This document shows positions 62,953 to 64,000 of a stretch of DNA of 64,000 nucleotides, one piece after another. Both the position numbers and the translations under genes were made by a program. The notes beneath the pieces are model-generated. The model was not told the origin of the DNA. It worked only from the letters and a program-made list of their open reading frames with translations, and did no database searches. The stretch lies in the NCBI GenBank assembly GCA_965222225.1, contig CBDCTK010000002.1, forward strand, positions 4,384,001 through 4,448,000, in the 5' to 3' direction. The stretch comes from Candidatus Poribacteria bacterium (lineage in GTDB: Bacteria > Poribacteria > WGA-4E > JAJDTR01). Numbering within the stretch: position 1 is the first letter of the stretch; the number at the start of each line of letters is the position of its first letter.

Positions 62953-64000
62953 GTGAAAGTAGAAATGCAACTTGGAGGAGAGCAACTTTCAATTGAAACG
63001 GGGAAGGTTGCCAAGCAGGCAGATGGAGCTGTCTGGGTACAATACGGTGGAACGGTCGTCTTAGTGACAGTCGTTGCCGAAATGAGAGAAAGCAATCTCG
63101 ATTTCTTTCCGCTAACGGTAGATTATCGAGAACGCGCATATGCCGCTGGACGAATTCCAACGGTTTACGGAAGGCGTGAACCACGCCCGGGGGTAGGAGA
63201 GCAGTTGGTCTCACGCTTAATTGATCACTGCATTCGGCCTCTGTTTCCGAAGGACTTTAAGGTAGAGGTGCAAATTCTGTGCAATGTTCTATCTTCAGAT
63301 CAGGTGCATCCGGCTGATGTGCCAGCGCTGATTGGAACTTCTGCGGCGTTATGTATTTCAGATATTCCTTTCAGTGGACCAGTTGGAGCGGTTACCGTCG
63401 GTAAGCTAGATGGATCGTTAGTCATCAATCCGGCCTACGAACAACTGAAATCGGCGGAAATGGAACTATTTGTCAGCGGTACGGCGGATGCGGTCATGTC
63501 TGTCGAAGGCGGCGGACACGAAATACCAGAGAATGATGTTATTGACACAATCATTGTGGCGCACAAGGAAATTAAAGAAATCATCAGATTGCAAGAGGGT
63601 TTGATTGCCCTCTGTGGGGAACCGACTCGTGAATACCAAACGAAGAAGATTGGCGAAGCGTTGAACACTCGAATCCGCAGCCTGGCTACCTCAAAGATTA
63701 GGGAATCAATCGGCATGGAGGACAAGAAAACTCGAGAGGATTATCTGGAGCAAGTCCAAGTGGATGTGCTTTCGAAAATCCTTGATGATGATGTCGAAGA
63801 GGAAGGTGTTGTCGCGATGGAGAAGGATACCATCTCCATATTGGGTGACATCGAAAAAGAGCAGATGCGCCAATCCATTCTGAATGAGGGGAGACGCGTT
63901 GACGGGCGCAGTACAACAGAAATTCGGCAGATCTCAGGAGAGGTTTCAGTGCTTCCGAGGGCACACGGTTCCTCCCTCTTCACACGCGGACAAACTCAGG
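62953..64000 (+). CDS. pnp: Polyribonucleotide nucleotidyltransferase (truncated by the window end)
   Basis: GTG after GGAGG; ETGKVAKQADG, DFFPLTVDYRE, IRPLFP, RVDGR, HGSSLFTRGQTQ. Absent from the ORF track because there is no stop in the window. Confidence 0.96.
   Translation, partial: MKVEMQLGGEQLSIETGKVAKQADGAVWVQYGGTVVLVTVVAEMRESNLDFFPLTVDYRERAYAAGRIPTVYGRREPRPGVGEQLVSRLIDHCIRPLFPKDFKVEVQILCNVLSSDQVHPADVPALIGTSAALCISDIPFSGPVGAVTVGKLDGSLVINPAYEQLKSAEMELFVSGTADAVMSVEGGGHEIPENDVIDTIIVAHKEIKEIIRLQEGLIALCGEPTREYQTKKIGEALNTRIRSLATSKIRESIGMEDKKTREDYLEQVQVDVLSKILDDDVEEEGVVAMEKDTISILGDIEKEQMRQSILNEGRRVDGRSTTEIRQISGEVSVLPRAHGSSLFTRGQTQ

Noticed and set aside
54260-64000. rimP-pnp cluster as unusual
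   Set aside because: Conventional conserved gene order; no tRNA or rRNA gene was recognised in the window.

Overview
Bacterial chromosomal window. The LamG proteins ending in a 'K..TTWG.IK' motif, the PhyH, TPR and CRTAC1 content and the dense intergenic repeats suggest Candidatus Poribacteria (inference). In order it holds: a GH36-like 3' fragment, a CRTAC1/ASPIC protein and an array of five secreted LamG paralogues interrupted by a MITE carrying an IS1595. Next come TPR, PhyH, Gfo/Idh/MocA, cupin, PBP1 and XRE genes. A six-gene envelope operon follows (2478-aa M28-like/LysM/FtsX fusion, small membrane protein, OPT-like transporter, hypothetical, PqqD-like protein, ABC ATPase), then groEL-groES with a sigma54-type promoter. 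A defence island contains a frameshifted type IIG R-M gene, a TIR-TPR gene, a PLD-SNF2 helicase, mazF and a DUF932-like gene. The window ends with ligA and the rimP-nusA-ylxR-infB-ylxP-rbfA-nrnA-truB-ribF-rpsO-pnp cluster. Two observations stand out. (1) A dispersed 36-bp element (consensus GGGATCTCTATCGCNNTCRYTATYCRYTCNNTYGAT) occurs at about 16 loci. Its variable positions co-vary as a hairpin with G.A mismatches on the opposite strand, and it sits inside REP/MITE palindromes and inside copies of itself, without target duplication. (2) The defence helicase ends in an in-frame MazE-like toxin-binding tail that overlaps mazF, and no separate mazE is present. All calls are by eye; no database searches were run.
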